Positions 1 to 10,060 of a stretch of DNA of 64,000 bases are shown piece after piece. Made by a program: the position numbers and the translations under genes. The notes beneath the pieces are model-generated. The model was given only the letters and a program-made list of their open reading frames with translations. It was not told the origin of the DNA and ran no database searches. Source of the DNA: Candidatus Krumholzibacteriota bacterium. GTDB taxonomy: Bacteria; Krumholzibacteriota; Krumholzibacteriia; JAJRXK01. The stretch spans positions 64,001-128,000 of the forward strand of contig CAVSGG010000006.1 in NCBI GenBank assembly GCA_963727455.1. Direction: 5' to 3'. Each line of letters starts with the position of its first letter. Position 1 is the stretch's first letter.

Positions 1-385
1 CCCAGGTGCTCATGATGGTCGCAAGTGAGGAGAGATCCGTGGGAACGCCAGTGAAGATGTTCCAGCCCACGATGGCGCCCACGATGGCCTGCGAAGTGGA
101 TACCGGCAAATGAAGACGTACCATCCAGGCCACGCTGAGGCCGGCCGCCAGGGCTACCGTGAAAGAGCCCGCCAGGGCGTTCACCGATCCGAGCTTGCCC
201 AGGGTGTGCGTGGTGCCAGCCCCTCCGATCACTGCGCCTAGGACTACGAAGATGCTCGCCACGAGGGCGGCGGTGCGAAACCGCAACATACGGGTACCCA
301 CCGCAGTGCCGAAGATGCTTGCGGCATCGTTTGCACCCAGCGACCAACCCATGAAAAGACCACTGAGAAGAAAGAACCAGGGCAC
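1..385 (-). CDS. Inorganic phosphate transporter, PiT family (5' part; runs off the window)
   Basis: Manual translation from GTG at 385 (GAGGA RBS upstream) gives MPWFFLLSGLFMGWSLGANDAASIFGTAVGTR...LPVSTSQAIVGAIVG, containing the PiT signatures GANDxA and PVSTSQ. It follows a DUF47 gene. Confidence 0.9.
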   Translation of the reverse strand, partial: MPWFFLLSGLFMGWSLGANDAASIFGTAVGTRMLRFRTAALVASIFVVLGAVIGGAGTTHTLGKLGSVNALAGSFTVALAAGLSVAWMVRLHLPVSTSQAIVGAIVGWNIFTGVPTDLSSLATIMSTW

Positions 386-442
386 TTGACCAGTCCTCAC
401 TCGTTCGCGATGAAGTCACCGTCGAATTGCGGGTCCCATTGC

Positions 443-1087
443 TTAGAGGGAGCGCTTGATGTTCGCGATTGCGAGGCGATCGCAAACATCTTCGGCTCCG
501 TCGGCGATTCGATCGATACGCACCGAGAAATCACGTTGGTGCAGCTTGGACGCCAGATCGATGTCCGCGGCGAAGAGTTGGCGCCGGATCTTGCCTCCAA
601 CGCGATCGCTCGCCTGCTCGTGGAAACGCGCGCGGGCAATGTGGTCCCGGACTGCCTTGGGGTCGCGAAAGTATGACCTTGCCGCCATGACCATTTCGTC
701 CACGCAATCCACAGTAGAGGCAATCAGCTCGCGGAAATCCGTCAGGAGCACGGGCAGGATGTCCGGCCTCTCTACCGCGAAATCCTGAAGACTCTCTTCG
801 CAACGGTTGATGACCTTGTCGATGGTCTCCAGCAATCCCAGGATGTCGCCGCGCGACTCGGGTAGAAGGGTCTCCGTATAGAGTCGGGTCTCGATTTCTC
901 GACGCAGCTCGTCGGCTTTCGACTCCAGTCTCTGCAGCTCGTGGAGGCGATCACTGAAGTCGTCGTGGCGATCCTCCGTGTAGTGGTCGACCGCAGCGCG
1001 ATAGATCAGTCCGCCCTGCACGACCAGATCGAGATATTCGTCGATCTGCCGCTCCAGCCTGCGAGTGCGGTGGAAGAGGATATCCAT
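443..1087 (-). CDS. DUF47 / PhoU-like phosphate transport regulator
   Basis: LESKADELRREIE...LLPESRGDI...DRIADGAEDVCDRL pattern; next to PiT. Start taken at MDILF (1087) rather than the ORF limit 1240. Confidence 0.85.
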   Translation of the reverse strand: MDILFHRTRRLERQIDEYLDLVVQGGLIYRAAVDHYTEDRHDDFSDRLHELQRLESKADELRREIETRLYTETLLPESRGDILGLLETIDKVINRCEESLQDFAVERPDILPVLLTDFRELIASTVDCVDEMVMAARSYFRDPKAVRDHIARARFHEQASDRVGGKIRRQLFAADIDLASKLHQRDFSVRIDRIADGAEDVCDRLAIANIKRSL

Positions 1088-1119
1088 GATGCTCTCCGGG
1101 AATGAGATCAGTGTGTGGT

Positions 1120-2085
1120 TCAGTCTCCCGATCCGAGCGGGAGCAGGAATCGATCGTGGAAGAGACCGTGGCGCAAGCCTCGTTCGCTCACGGAGAGAGA
1201 ACGAAGGCCCGATAGCTCGAAGACCTCGGCCACGATACAAGCCCCGGCCAGGATGACGTCGGCCCGGTCCGCGGCGAGTCCGTCGATTTCCTGGCGCTCC
1301 TTCAGGGGAAGCCGGGCGTAGAGTTCAATTTGCCGCTCGACTTCCTCCCTGCACACAACTGTATTTCGGATTCTGTGGGGGTCAAAGCTTTTCATGCCGA
1401 GTTGCACGGCGGCCAGGGTGGTGATGGTGCCCCCGATCCCGACCAGCCGCCGGACCGGCCCGGTCTGAGAGAGGAGCTTTCCAACCCGCGCCAGAGACTC
1501 AGCAACATTGGCCCGCAGTTCCTCGAGCTCGCTTAGGGTGGGGGGATCGCTGCGCAGATACTCCTCGCTGGGACGGCGTACACCCAAATTGATGCTGGTG
1601 CGGCCGGCGATCGAGGAAGTGTCACCTAGAATGAACTCGGTGCTCCCCCCGCCGATGTCGAAGACGCAGATCATCTCCGCGAGAGTGTGTAGACCGGTGA
1701 GCACGCCCAGGAAGGAGAGGCGGGCCTCCTCCTCGCCAGGGATGATCTCGACCTCGATCCCGCAACGCTCCCTCGCCGCCTGCACGAACTCGTCGGCATT
1801 GCGCGCTTCCCGTAGAGCCATCGTGCCGGCGACCACGAAATCGACGGCACCTTTAGCACGCGCACGTGAGACGAAGCGGTCCAGTTGTTCGAGGTTACGG
1901 TTGATGGCAGCTTGGCTGAGGAGACCCGTGGCGGCGAGTCCTTCGCCGAGCCGGGTGATCGCCAGATCTTCCAGCGCGGGTGAGACCACTTGGGTTCCCG
2001 TGCTGGAAGATGCCGGCGTGCGCGTGTCTCCCACGAAGAGCTTCATCGAGTTGGTGCCGATGTCGATCGCAGCGCAAATGGGCAC
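1120..2085 (-). CDS. ppx: Ppx/GppA family exopolyphosphatase
   Basis: AAIDIGTNS, TRLGEG, GTMALREARN, GEEEARL, DIGGGSTE, GIGGT, RADVILAG and GLRHG motifs. Confidence 0.9.
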   Translation of the reverse strand: MPICAAIDIGTNSMKLFVGDTRTPASSSTGTQVVSPALEDLAITRLGEGLAATGLLSQAAINRNLEQLDRFVSRARAKGAVDFVVAGTMALREARNADEFVQAARERCGIEVEIIPGEEEARLSFLGVLTGLHTLAEMICVFDIGGGSTEFILGDTSSIAGRTSINLGVRRPSEEYLRSDPPTLSELEELRANVAESLARVGKLLSQTGPVRRLVGIGGTITTLAAVQLGMKSFDPHRIRNTVVCREEVERQIELYARLPLKERQEIDGLAADRADVILAGACIVAEVFELSGLRSLSVSERGLRHGLFHDRFLLPLGSGD

Positions 2086-2137
2086 GAACTCAACGCTCCT
2101 GGCGGGAGACTACGAGCTGCATTCCCCGGATTTCAGC

Positions 2138-2581
2138 TTAGAGTTTGGTGACTTGCGGGTTCTCCAATTTGACCAGATCGCCGTCGTGGTGAACGGTACC
2201 CGTGACCTTCAGATCGAGGCCGTCGTAGCGGTTCTGGAACCACTCGGAATCCTCCGCCACGTCGAGCACGTAGATCCCGCCGTCGGCGGTCTGAACCGCG
2301 GCACTGCAGCTGGTGCCCACGTGATAGTTACAGTGGCCACAACCCAGCTTGCCGGAGATCGTGACTTCCTGGCCCTCGGGCATCGAAGCGAGCTCGGTCT
2401 TGGCCGCTGCTTCCTGCGCGGAATCGATCGCGTCCTTGGGAGTTTCAGCCATTTGCGTCTGGTCCGCGGTCGTGTTGCCGCTAGCGGCGTTGTCCGCGGC
2501 CTGATCCTTGGATCCTCCTTGCGAACATCCAGCGATCAGAAGAAGAGTGAGTGCGGCGAAAGTGGTTAGGTACTTCATCAT
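2138..2581 (-). CDS. Lipoprotein with a Cys/His motif in an OB-fold-like domain (DUF6370-like)
   Basis: Lipobox LIAGC, Ala/Gln-rich linker, then GKLGCGHCNYHVGTSC and a C-terminal VTGTV motif. Confidence 0.6.
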   Translation of the reverse strand: MMKYLTTFAALTLLLIAGCSQGGSKDQAADNAASGNTTADQTQMAETPKDAIDSAQEAAAKTELASMPEGQEVTISGKLGCGHCNYHVGTSCSAAVQTADGGIYVLDVAEDSEWFQNRYDGLDLKVTGTVHHDGDLVKLENPQVTKL

Positions 2582-2789
2582 AAGATGCTCCTCTGAAAAA
2601 TACACGGGGAAGCAAGAGTTCCATCGACTCAGCACTCCACACTATGATGACCTCCCGACGAGTCCGCCACTGAAAAAGGGGACTCGGGGGCCTGGCGGGC
2701 GCGCAAACGTCCAAACTCGCTTCTTTGGTGGACAGAGCTGCCCGATGGGCTACTCTGGGACCGGTTGTCCGTGAAGACCTCAGAAAACC

Positions 2790-4208
2790 ATGTGGAAACC
2801 AAGTCGAATCCTCGCTTCGTTCCGGCGCCTCATGCGCAAGCCGGAGGCTGATCTCTCCGATCGAGAGCGCTCATTACGTTGGTGGCTCGATTTGGCGCGT
2901 CACTGCACCGTCGAGTTGCGACGGGACCGCGCCTCGACCATGGCGGCCGCGCTTACCTACCACACCATCTTCTCTCTCATGCCCACCTTGGTCCTGAGTC
3001 TCGTGGTCATGCACTCCTTCGTGGGGCCCGAGGACATGGCACAATTCAAGGAAGGGATCGTGAATTGGATCCTGCAGCCGGTGCAGCAGGACGATTTCAT
3101 TCCGGGCCTACCCACTCCGCATTGGAAGGTCGAGGGGGAGAGCCTGCGCCGCCATGAGAACTTCATGGAAGTGCGCAAGACGCTGGGGGATCAGGTGGAG
3201 AGGATTTTGACCGAACTGGAGACGGTCGATTTCCGTGGGGTGGGCCTGGTGGGCATCCTCATCTTCATCTGGGCGGCGACGGGACTTTTGGCCACAGTGG
3301 AAGGCTCCTTCAACCATATATACAAGGCCGGTCCCGGCCGGCCCGCGTATCTACGATTACCGATCTACTACAGCGTGATCACCCTGAGCCCCCTGGTCAT
3401 CTTCATCGGCCAGGTGGCGCAGAGGCGCATGCTCAACAACATCGATGCGCTGGGAATCGGTTCCACGCTCATGGCGGTGTTGGCGATCGTGGTTCCCCTG
3501 CTCACGATCTGGATCGTTTTCTTTTTCCTGTACGTATCTCTGCCCAACACGCGCGTGCAGTGGAAGGCAGCCCTCATCGGCTCCTCGGTGGCGGCAGTGC
3601 TGTGGTGGCTAGGCGAGCAGCTGTTCTCGCTATACGTGCGCCGCACCGCCATCTCCACTCTGTACGGCGCCCTGGGTCTCTTGCCCCTCTTTTTGCTGTG
3701 GTTGTGGATCACTTGGCTCATCATCCTCTTCGGCTTGGAATTGGCCTACGCGCTGCAGGCCATGCGCGAGGGGCGCTTCGCCTGGCGGAGCTTCTTCGAG
3801 GGTGAACTCATCGTCATCGATCGCACGCTTGTGCTCCCTTTGGCCACCCGCATCGCGGAGTGCTTCAAGAACGGACAGCTGGCGACGGTCGGGGTGCTCT
3901 CACGCTCCCTGCGCTTGCCGCCTTCGGCCGTGTTGCGGCTACTACGCCCTCTGCTCAAGGCGAGTTTGGTGCACGAGGTTCGCGAAGGAGCAAGGAGCGG
4001 TTACACCCTCGCTCGGCCCGCCAAGCAAATCACCGCTCGCGAAGTGCTCGAATTGAGCCGTACTGCCATGCCCCTGGAGGGTGCGGAGGGCTCGGCGCGC
4101 CCCTGGGACGTGGTCAATGAACTCTATGCGGAATTGCAGGAGAGGGTGTCCGAAGTGAGCCTGGAAGATCTGAGTGCTGCCCAGCCCGCTTCCGGCGCCA
4201 GTTCATAA
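2790..4208 (+). CDS. YihY/BrkB family membrane protein with a C-terminal Rrf2-like wHTH domain
   Basis: AAALTYHTIFSLMP, VEGSFNHIY, LPNTRV, LYGALGLLPLFLLWLWITWLIILFG; C-terminal GYTLARPAKQIT is Rrf2-like. Confidence 0.88.
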   Translation: MWKPSRILASFRRLMRKPEADLSDRERSLRWWLDLARHCTVELRRDRASTMAAALTYHTIFSLMPTLVLSLVVMHSFVGPEDMAQFKEGIVNWILQPVQQDDFIPGLPTPHWKVEGESLRRHENFMEVRKTLGDQVERILTELETVDFRGVGLVGILIFIWAATGLLATVEGSFNHIYKAGPGRPAYLRLPIYYSVITLSPLVIFIGQVAQRRMLNNIDALGIGSTLMAVLAIVVPLLTIWIVFFFLYVSLPNTRVQWKAALIGSSVAAVLWWLGEQLFSLYVRRTAISTLYGALGLLPLFLLWLWITWLIILFGLELAYALQAMREGRFAWRSFFEGELIVIDRTLVLPLATRIAECFKNGQLATVGVLSRSLRLPPSAVLRLLRPLLKASLVHEVREGARSGYTLARPAKQITAREVLELSRTAMPLEGAEGSARPWDVVNELYAELQERVSEVSLEDLSAAQPASGASS

Positions 4209-4209
4209 G

Positions 4210-4218
4210 TGCTATACT
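4210..4218 (+). promoter_or_regulatory. Putative extended -10 promoter (TGcTATACT)
   Basis: TGnTATACT about 45 nt upstream of the ATG at 4262; GGAGG RBS near 4250. Confidence 0.45.
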
Positions 4219-4261
4219 GACGCGTAGCTCCCGCCCTCATCTCATCACTGGAGGTGCGGAA

Positions 4262-6022
4262 ATGACTGCATTGCGCACGTTCTTCGTGGATTGGACTGGA
4301 CACCCCCGTGCTCTGGCCGCACTTCTTGTGGCACTGGCGAGCGCAATTTCTCTCCCGAGTTTCGCCACCACTCTGCTCGTTCCCGAGAACTACAGCCTCG
4401 AGGGGGCCCTGAGCGCCGCGGCATCCGGCGACAGCATCAGCGTGGCGGCCTACACTCTCGACGGCACGCTCGTGGATCTCACCCAGAGCATCACGCTGAT
4501 TTCGCGGGAGATCGGAGCGAATCGGCTCATTGGCGTGAGCGTGGACAGTTTGCAGCAGGTCCGAGTCGAGGGGTTTCTCGTCGGCTCTACGGATTATATC
4601 GGTGATACCTACGAGGGAGGCGTGACCATTCGTGACTCGAAGGTCGTATTTACCGACTGTGAGTTCTCGTATCTCCGGACGGTATCGGGTCCCCCGATCG
4701 CCTATGCCGCGGACTGCGAGCTACTCTTCGAAGGATGCACCTTCCACGACAATTACTGGGAACGTATCACGGAGGGAGCTGCCTCGGAAGGCAACTGTAT
4801 GGCCACCTACAACTACTCCGAGACTGACGAAGGAACACTTACGATCCGAGATTGCGATTTCCAGAACCAATCCAGTCCTGTCGCCTCTTGGATCCCCGTA
4901 ACGATCGAAAACACGCGATTCTCAGGCTGCGGCCCATTCTTGGTCTCCGCTCACGAATCCCTGGAAATGGTTGGCTGCCTCGTTGCGAATTTCCAACAGT
5001 ACATGAGCGGAGATTGGCTCGTCGTGGAGTGCCTTGGCGTAACAGATTGCATTCAAGCTTTCGGCAATGTCACGATCCAGGGGAATACTTTCGTCGACAC
5101 CGTTATTCCTCCTGGCCCTGTGATCGGTCCCTGCGGATACGGCACGGTATACCCTCCAGAGGAGATCCCCGCCTCCATCAAAGTCTCCGACAGCGGTAGC
5201 GGAGTCATCGAAAACAACCTCTTCATCGGCCTGCCGGCAGCTGCAGTTGAAGCGCCTGCCAGCGTATCCGTAGGCTGCAACGACTTCTGGGAAATCGATG
5301 GTCCAAACACGCGCGGCGGTATCGGGGACGTCACCAAGAGCGACGACAACATCAACGCGGCGCCGCTTTTCTGCGCCCGTTATGCCGGGGACTATACCTT
5401 GAGCACGCATTCTCCGGCGTCGGCCGAACACAGCTCCTGTGGACGCATGGGCGCCTTCGACACGGCCTGTGAGATCACTCCGGTACTTGTGCAGGACTTC
5501 ACCGGGACGAGGGTGGAGCATGGCGTCCAGCTTCAATGGTCGCTGAGCGAGGCCAGGAGGTTCTCCTTCGCAGATTGGAGCAGGGGAGCTTCCGCCGAAC
5601 TCTATCGTGGCCAAGGCGCGAGTGGGGTGTATGTCGACACCGCCGCTCCTGCCGGCGTACTGCGCTACGGTCTGGGCATCGTGCAGAATGGACAGGAGAT
5701 CTTCCCCCTGGAGACGCTGAGCGTGGTGGCATCCGAAGTCCCCGCACGCACCACTCTATTGGGTATGTTTCCAAATCCTTTCAATCCCAGTACGACCATC
5801 AAGTATGAACTGGATCGGACCCAAGCGGTGACACTGCGCATCTTCGATCGGGCTGGCCGCCTAGTGACGACCCTGGTGGACGAGCAGCAAGTCGCCGGCA
5901 AGCACGAACTCGAGTGGCGTGGTACGGATCGTGAAGGTCGTCAGCTCGCATCGGGCGTCTATCTCTGCCAACTTCGAGCCGGAAGCCATTCGCAGAGCTT
6001 GCGCATGGTACTTCTTCGATGA
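4262..6022 (+). CDS. Secreted right-handed beta-helix protein with a C-terminal FlgD-Ig / T9SS-like sorting domain
   Basis: Signal peptide; pectin-lyase-like repeats (FTDCEF, FEGCTFHDN, IRDCDF, IENNLF); NINAAPLFC...DYTL...SP; C-terminal FPNPFNPSTTIKY...WRGTD..G..LASGVY...RMVLLR. Confidence 0.8.
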   Translation: MTALRTFFVDWTGHPRALAALLVALASAISLPSFATTLLVPENYSLEGALSAAASGDSISVAAYTLDGTLVDLTQSITLISREIGANRLIGVSVDSLQQVRVEGFLVGSTDYIGDTYEGGVTIRDSKVVFTDCEFSYLRTVSGPPIAYAADCELLFEGCTFHDNYWERITEGAASEGNCMATYNYSETDEGTLTIRDCDFQNQSSPVASWIPVTIENTRFSGCGPFLVSAHESLEMVGCLVANFQQYMSGDWLVVECLGVTDCIQAFGNVTIQGNTFVDTVIPPGPVIGPCGYGTVYPPEEIPASIKVSDSGSGVIENNLFIGLPAAAVEAPASVSVGCNDFWEIDGPNTRGGIGDVTKSDDNINAAPLFCARYAGDYTLSTHSPASAEHSSCGRMGAFDTACEITPVLVQDFTGTRVEHGVQLQWSLSEARRFSFADWSRGASAELYRGQGASGVYVDTAAPAGVLRYGLGIVQNGQEIFPLETLSVVASEVPARTTLLGMFPNPFNPSTTIKYELDRTQAVTLRIFDRAGRLVTTLVDEQQVAGKHELEWRGTDREGRQLASGVYLCQLRAGSHSQSLRMVLLR

Positions 6023-7356
6023 GGATGGCAACGATGAGCACATGGAAGACCAAGTTTCTTTTGATCCTCGTTTGTTGGACCACGGCGGCAACGGCACTAG
6101 CCAAGGACAAGGTTCTTTTCGACTGGAACAAGGGGGAGGTGGGGAATTTCGGTGGAGTTGGCTTTGCTCTGGGCGACATCAACGGAGACGGTGCGGACGA
6201 CATCGCCCTCAGACTGGATGATGAGATCGACGTCTTTTTCGGGGGGGAGAACGCCGATGAGGTGGCCGATCTGGTGATCGCACCCCCGAGTGGCCCGCAT
6301 CCCGGGTTCCCTCTGCAAGGGCCGATCGATCTCAATGGTGACGGGCACGATGATCTGATCGTGGCTGCCAACGGTGCCACGCGTGAGGGTCCCATCTACT
6401 GCTACTGGGGCGGAGCGGCCGTGGACGATGTCCCGGATTACGTCGTTCACGGCTCCTGGACCGCGGCCAGTGCCTGCCGAGCAGGAGAGTTCATGCCGAA
6501 CGACACGTTCGACGACTTGGCCGTCGCCAAGACGGGGACCAACTACAACTACGTCGATGTGTACGAGGGGGGAGAGGCCCCCGCCGAGGAGCGATCCTGG
6601 AGCCGCATCGAATACTTGATATTCACGCTATGGGAGTACCACTTCTGCTATGCGGGTGACTTCAACAATGACGGCTACGGAGATATTGTAACGGGCGCGC
6701 CTTTAGCCACGAGTGTCTGTCTGCGTTATGGAACCGTCCAAGCTTCGTGCTCAGAGGGCGGGCAGGTGTATCTGTATTGGGGCGGACCGGAGCGTTTTCG
6801 CGGCGCCCTGATAGCCCATGGCGACGAGGACAATATCCGTCTGGGCTTCCAGACGTCGGCGGATTGCGATTTGAACGCGGACGGTTACTCCGACGTTATT
6901 TCGACAGCGGATAGTGCTGACGAGACCTGGGCGATCTTCGGCCGTCCCGGCTATCCTTCCAGAATCTTGCAGCCGAGCCGGCTGCTCGCCGGGGGGAAGA
7001 GCGCAACTGCATTGGGAGACATCAATGGTGATGGCGCGGACGACGTGGCAACCAGGGACTCCTCGGGGCAGCTTCGGATCTTCCTAGGAAGCGCGACGTT
7101 CGATACGACGGAGGATGCATTTCTCACCCTCCCTGCGGAGGATACGCGGGCGTTCAAGTGGCTGTTCCGCGTCAACGATTTCGACGGCGACGGTTATGAC
7201 GACATCGGCGTCACTCTTAGTGAATCGGTCTCCGGCCAGGAACCCATCACGAGCTACCGCATCTACAGTGGCTTCAACGCTCTCGCCGTCCCCGTACAGG
7301 ATCAAACGGTTGGCAGACTCAAGTCGCTGTTCCAGGGAATCAAAAGGAATAGGTGA
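6019..7356 (+). CDS. Secreted FG-GAP (integrin-alpha-like) repeat protein
   Basis: Repeated GDINGDGADD, DLNGDGHDD, GDFNNDGYGD, DLNADGYSD and DFDGDGYDD motifs; signal peptide; start overlaps the upstream stop (ATGA). Confidence 0.85.
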   Translation: MRMATMSTWKTKFLLILVCWTTAATALAKDKVLFDWNKGEVGNFGGVGFALGDINGDGADDIALRLDDEIDVFFGGENADEVADLVIAPPSGPHPGFPLQGPIDLNGDGHDDLIVAANGATREGPIYCYWGGAAVDDVPDYVVHGSWTAASACRAGEFMPNDTFDDLAVAKTGTNYNYVDVYEGGEAPAEERSWSRIEYLIFTLWEYHFCYAGDFNNDGYGDIVTGAPLATSVCLRYGTVQASCSEGGQVYLYWGGPERFRGALIAHGDEDNIRLGFQTSADCDLNADGYSDVISTADSADETWAIFGRPGYPSRILQPSRLLAGGKSATALGDINGDGADDVATRDSSGQLRIFLGSATFDTTEDAFLTLPAEDTRAFKWLFRVNDFDGDGYDDIGVTLSESVSGQEPITSYRIYSGFNALAVPVQDQTVGRLKSLFQGIKRNR

Positions 7357-8062
7357 AGGTCGCGCCACCCGGGGCGACACGGAAGTGGGAAAGTAAGGTG
7401 GTGCTGGTGCGTTCGTGCACCACGGTGCGCCCCACGGCCATCCCTAGAGTCGCGCCGAACACCACGTCTGAGAGGTAGTGGTAGCGGTCCTCCATTCTCC
7501 CCATGGCGGTGGCGCCGACGAGGGCGTAAGCACAGGCCCCCACGAGCGGTCCGAAGTGATGGGCCAGAACCGGCGCGGCGGACATCGCTACGCCCACGTG
7601 TCCGGAGGGGAAAGAGTAGCTGCCGCCGTTGGGCCGCGTGCGTCCTGCCGCCGTCTTGATCGCCACGATCAAAGCTCCGCTCAACAGGAAGGAATGGGCC
7701 AGGTCAACGCCGGCTGCGAGGAGTCGAGGGGAATGGGCGAGCGCGCCCGTGGTCACCAGGCCGAGCGCGCCCCCCGCAATGGTCAGACCGTTACCGTAGA
7801 CGTTCCCCAAATCCGATACGCCATCCAGGTTCCGGGTGTCCAAAAAGCGCTCTTCGTCATGAGCGCTCTCCACCTGATGGCCCGCGATCGTGAGCGCTCC
7901 CCCCAGGGCGAAGAGTCGCAGATTTTCCCGACTGACCAGTCCGGCAGCATCGCTCTGGAGTATGGTCTTCGCGCCGTTGAGGGGGGCGGCCGAGGCCGCG
8001 GCGCTGCAGAGCAATGCGCCAATGCTCAGGCCAAGCCAGAGAAGGAGTCGGCCTCTCTTCAA
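7340..8062 (-). CDS. PAP2 family phosphatase
   Basis: KTAAGRTRP, SFPSGH and GRMEDRYHYLSDV correspond to the PAP2 C1-C3 motifs; signal peptide. Confidence 0.85.
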   Translation of the reverse strand: MKRGRLLLWLGLSIGALLCSAAASAAPLNGAKTILQSDAAGLVSRENLRLFALGGALTIAGHQVESAHDEERFLDTRNLDGVSDLGNVYGNGLTIAGGALGLVTTGALAHSPRLLAAGVDLAHSFLLSGALIVAIKTAAGRTRPNGGSYSFPSGHVGVAMSAAPVLAHHFGPLVGACAYALVGATAMGRMEDRYHYLSDVVFGATLGMAVGRTVVHERTSTTLLSHFRVAPGGATFTYSF

Positions 8063-8152
8063 GTTCGGATGCCTCTGGGGTGGGGGAACGCCCGGGGCGT
8101 GGGGTACCCCGGGTATGTTCTATTTACACCCGCGTGAGGCATTGGTTCCGGC

Positions 8153-10015
8153 TCAGGCTTCCGTGTCGGGCGCCACCTGGAGATGTCGCTCGAGAAAACT
8201 CTCCAGTGCACGATAGAAATCGAAGACGTTTTCCTCGTTGTGAAAACCGTGGCCCTCATCGTCCTTGACGAGGTACTCCACTTCGACGCCCCGCTCGCGA
8301 AGGGCAGAGACCATCTGGTCCGATTCCTCCTTGCGTACCCGGGGATCGTTGGCTCCCTGGGCCACGAGCAGGGGCACGCGGATACGATCGGCATGAAAGA
8401 AGGGAGAGGTCTCCTTCAGTCGCTCGGCATCGTTTTCGGGATCTCCCACCATCTCATGGATCATTCCCAGCAGGGGCTTCCAGTAGTCGGGGATGGCGGC
8501 AATCCAGGTGAAGATGTTCGAGACGCCGCAGTAGCTCACTCCGCACGCGTAGAGTTCTGGGGTTTGGGTCAAGCCGGAAAGAGCCGCATAGCCTCCGTAG
8601 CTTCCACCGTAAATTGCGATCTGTCCCGGATCGGCGATGCCGCTCTCCACCGCCCAGGCCACCCCGTCGGTTACGTCGTTTTGCATCGTGAGCCCCCACT
8701 GTCCGTAGCCGGCCTCCTTGAACTTGCGACCGTATCCGGTCGACCCGCGGAAGTTCATGCGGAGCACGGCATAGCCTCGGTTGGCGAGGAACTGTACCTC
8801 GGGATCGAAGCCCCAGGTGTCGCGGTGCCAGGGCCCGCCATGGGGGATGACGACCATCGGCACCCTCGCATCATTCCCGGCCACCGGTTGGGTGAGATAA
8901 CCCTCGATAACCAGTCCGTCGCGCGAGCGGTAGGTGATGGGTTCGAGCGGAGCCATTTCCTTTTCATCGAGCCAGGGAGAGACATCGAAGAGCTTGCGCA
9001 GGGACAGGGTTCCATCTCGCCGCGACTCCAGTAGATGATAGTCACCGAGGGAGCGGTCGCTGCGGGAGTGCACCACGTAACGCGATTCGTCCTTGGAGTG
9101 CGAGACGATACGGTTGAAGCGCTCCGGGAGATGATCGTCGAGGAAGCGCTGGAGTTTCTTGTCGTACTCCTCGAAGTACTCGTAGGCGGGCTTCGCGGTG
9201 TGGTACAGCACGCCGGTGATGGTGCGACGATATTTGGAGTACAGTAGAGCGGAGACGTCGACCTTCGGATGCTCGAAGATCAGGCCCCCCTCTCGGCCGC
9301 TCTGCAGGTCGTACTCGAAGATCGCGTAGTGATCACGGCCGACGTTCGATGCGACATAGAGGCCCTGATCGTCGAAAGTGAAGCAGAGGGGACTCGCTGC
9401 CTCCTTGAAATCGTAGGTCGCGATCGTCTTCCAGGCCGCGACTTCGGTTTCGCGGTACAGAATGCTCGTGTTCACACCGTCGGTCGTGGTGGCGAGGCGC
9501 AATCGGCCGGCGTGGTCGGTGAGCCAACCCTGCACGTTGCCCGGATTCTCGGCGACGATCGTCGTATCGCCCGTCGTGACGTTCAGCCGATAGACATCGA
9601 ACACCTCCGGGTTTCTGCGATTCATCTCGAAGAGGATTTCGTCGTCGATTTCCTCGAGATCGTCCACGATCGAGCACTTGACGCCTTCGTATGGCGTGAG
9701 GTCGAGGGGATGGGAGCCGTCGCGCCCAACGCCGTAGAGCCGGTAGTTCTCGTCACCGCCGCGGTCCTGTACATAGATCAGACGCTCGTCGCTTGCCCAG
9801 AGATAGCCGGCAATGTCGCGCTCGGTGGCATCGGTCACTCGAAGCTCCTTGCCCGTTTTGAGCTCGCGCACCCAGAGGTTCAGACGCCGCTCGTGGGGAG
9901 CAAGAAACGCGAGATAGTGCCCGGAAGGGGAGAGCTCGAGACCGGCACGTTCGGGTTTGCGGAAAAAATCTTCTAGTGGGATGCGCCGGACCGATGAACT
10001 CACGCGATTCTCCAA
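8153..10015 (-). CDS. S9 family (prolyl oligopeptidase / acylaminoacyl) peptidase
   Basis: [22 protein letters not shown] nucleophile motif, [14 protein letters not shown]. Confidence 0.93.
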   Translation of the reverse strand: MENRVSSSVRRIPLEDFFRKPERAGLELSPSGHYLAFLAPHERRLNLWVRELKTGKELRVTDATERDIAGYLWASDERLIYVQDRGGDENYRLYGVGRDGSHPLDLTPYEGVKCSIVDDLEEIDDEILFEMNRRNPEVFDVYRLNVTTGDTTIVAENPGNVQGWLTDHAGRLRLATTTDGVNTSILYRETEVAAWKTIATYDFKEAASPLCFTFDDQGLYVASNVGRDHYAIFEYDLQSGREGGLIFEHPKVDVSALLYSKYRRTITGVLYHTAKPAYEYFEEYDKKLQRFLDDHLPERFNRIVSHSKDESRYVVHSRSDRSLGDYHLLESRRDGTLSLRKLFDVSPWLDEKEMAPLEPITYRSRDGLVIEGYLTQPVAGNDARVPMVVIPHGGPWHRDTWGFDPEVQFLANRGYAVLRMNFRGSTGYGRKFKEAGYGQWGLTMQNDVTDGVAWAVESGIADPGQIAIYGGSYGGYAALSGLTQTPELYACGVSYCGVSNIFTWIAAIPDYWKPLLGMIHEMVGDPENDAERLKETSPFFHADRIRVPLLVAQGANDPRVRKEESDQMVSALRERGVEVEYLVKDDEGHGFHNEENVFDFYRALESFLERHLQVAPDTEA

Positions 10016-10060
10016 ATCTTTTCGAGGGTTGTTTCTGCACCAATCAAAGCAAAAAGCTCC

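Noticed and set aside
2320-2345. CGHC motif as a c-type heme site
   Set aside because: The sequence is CGHCNYH, not CxxCH, so it is more likely a disulfide or metal site.
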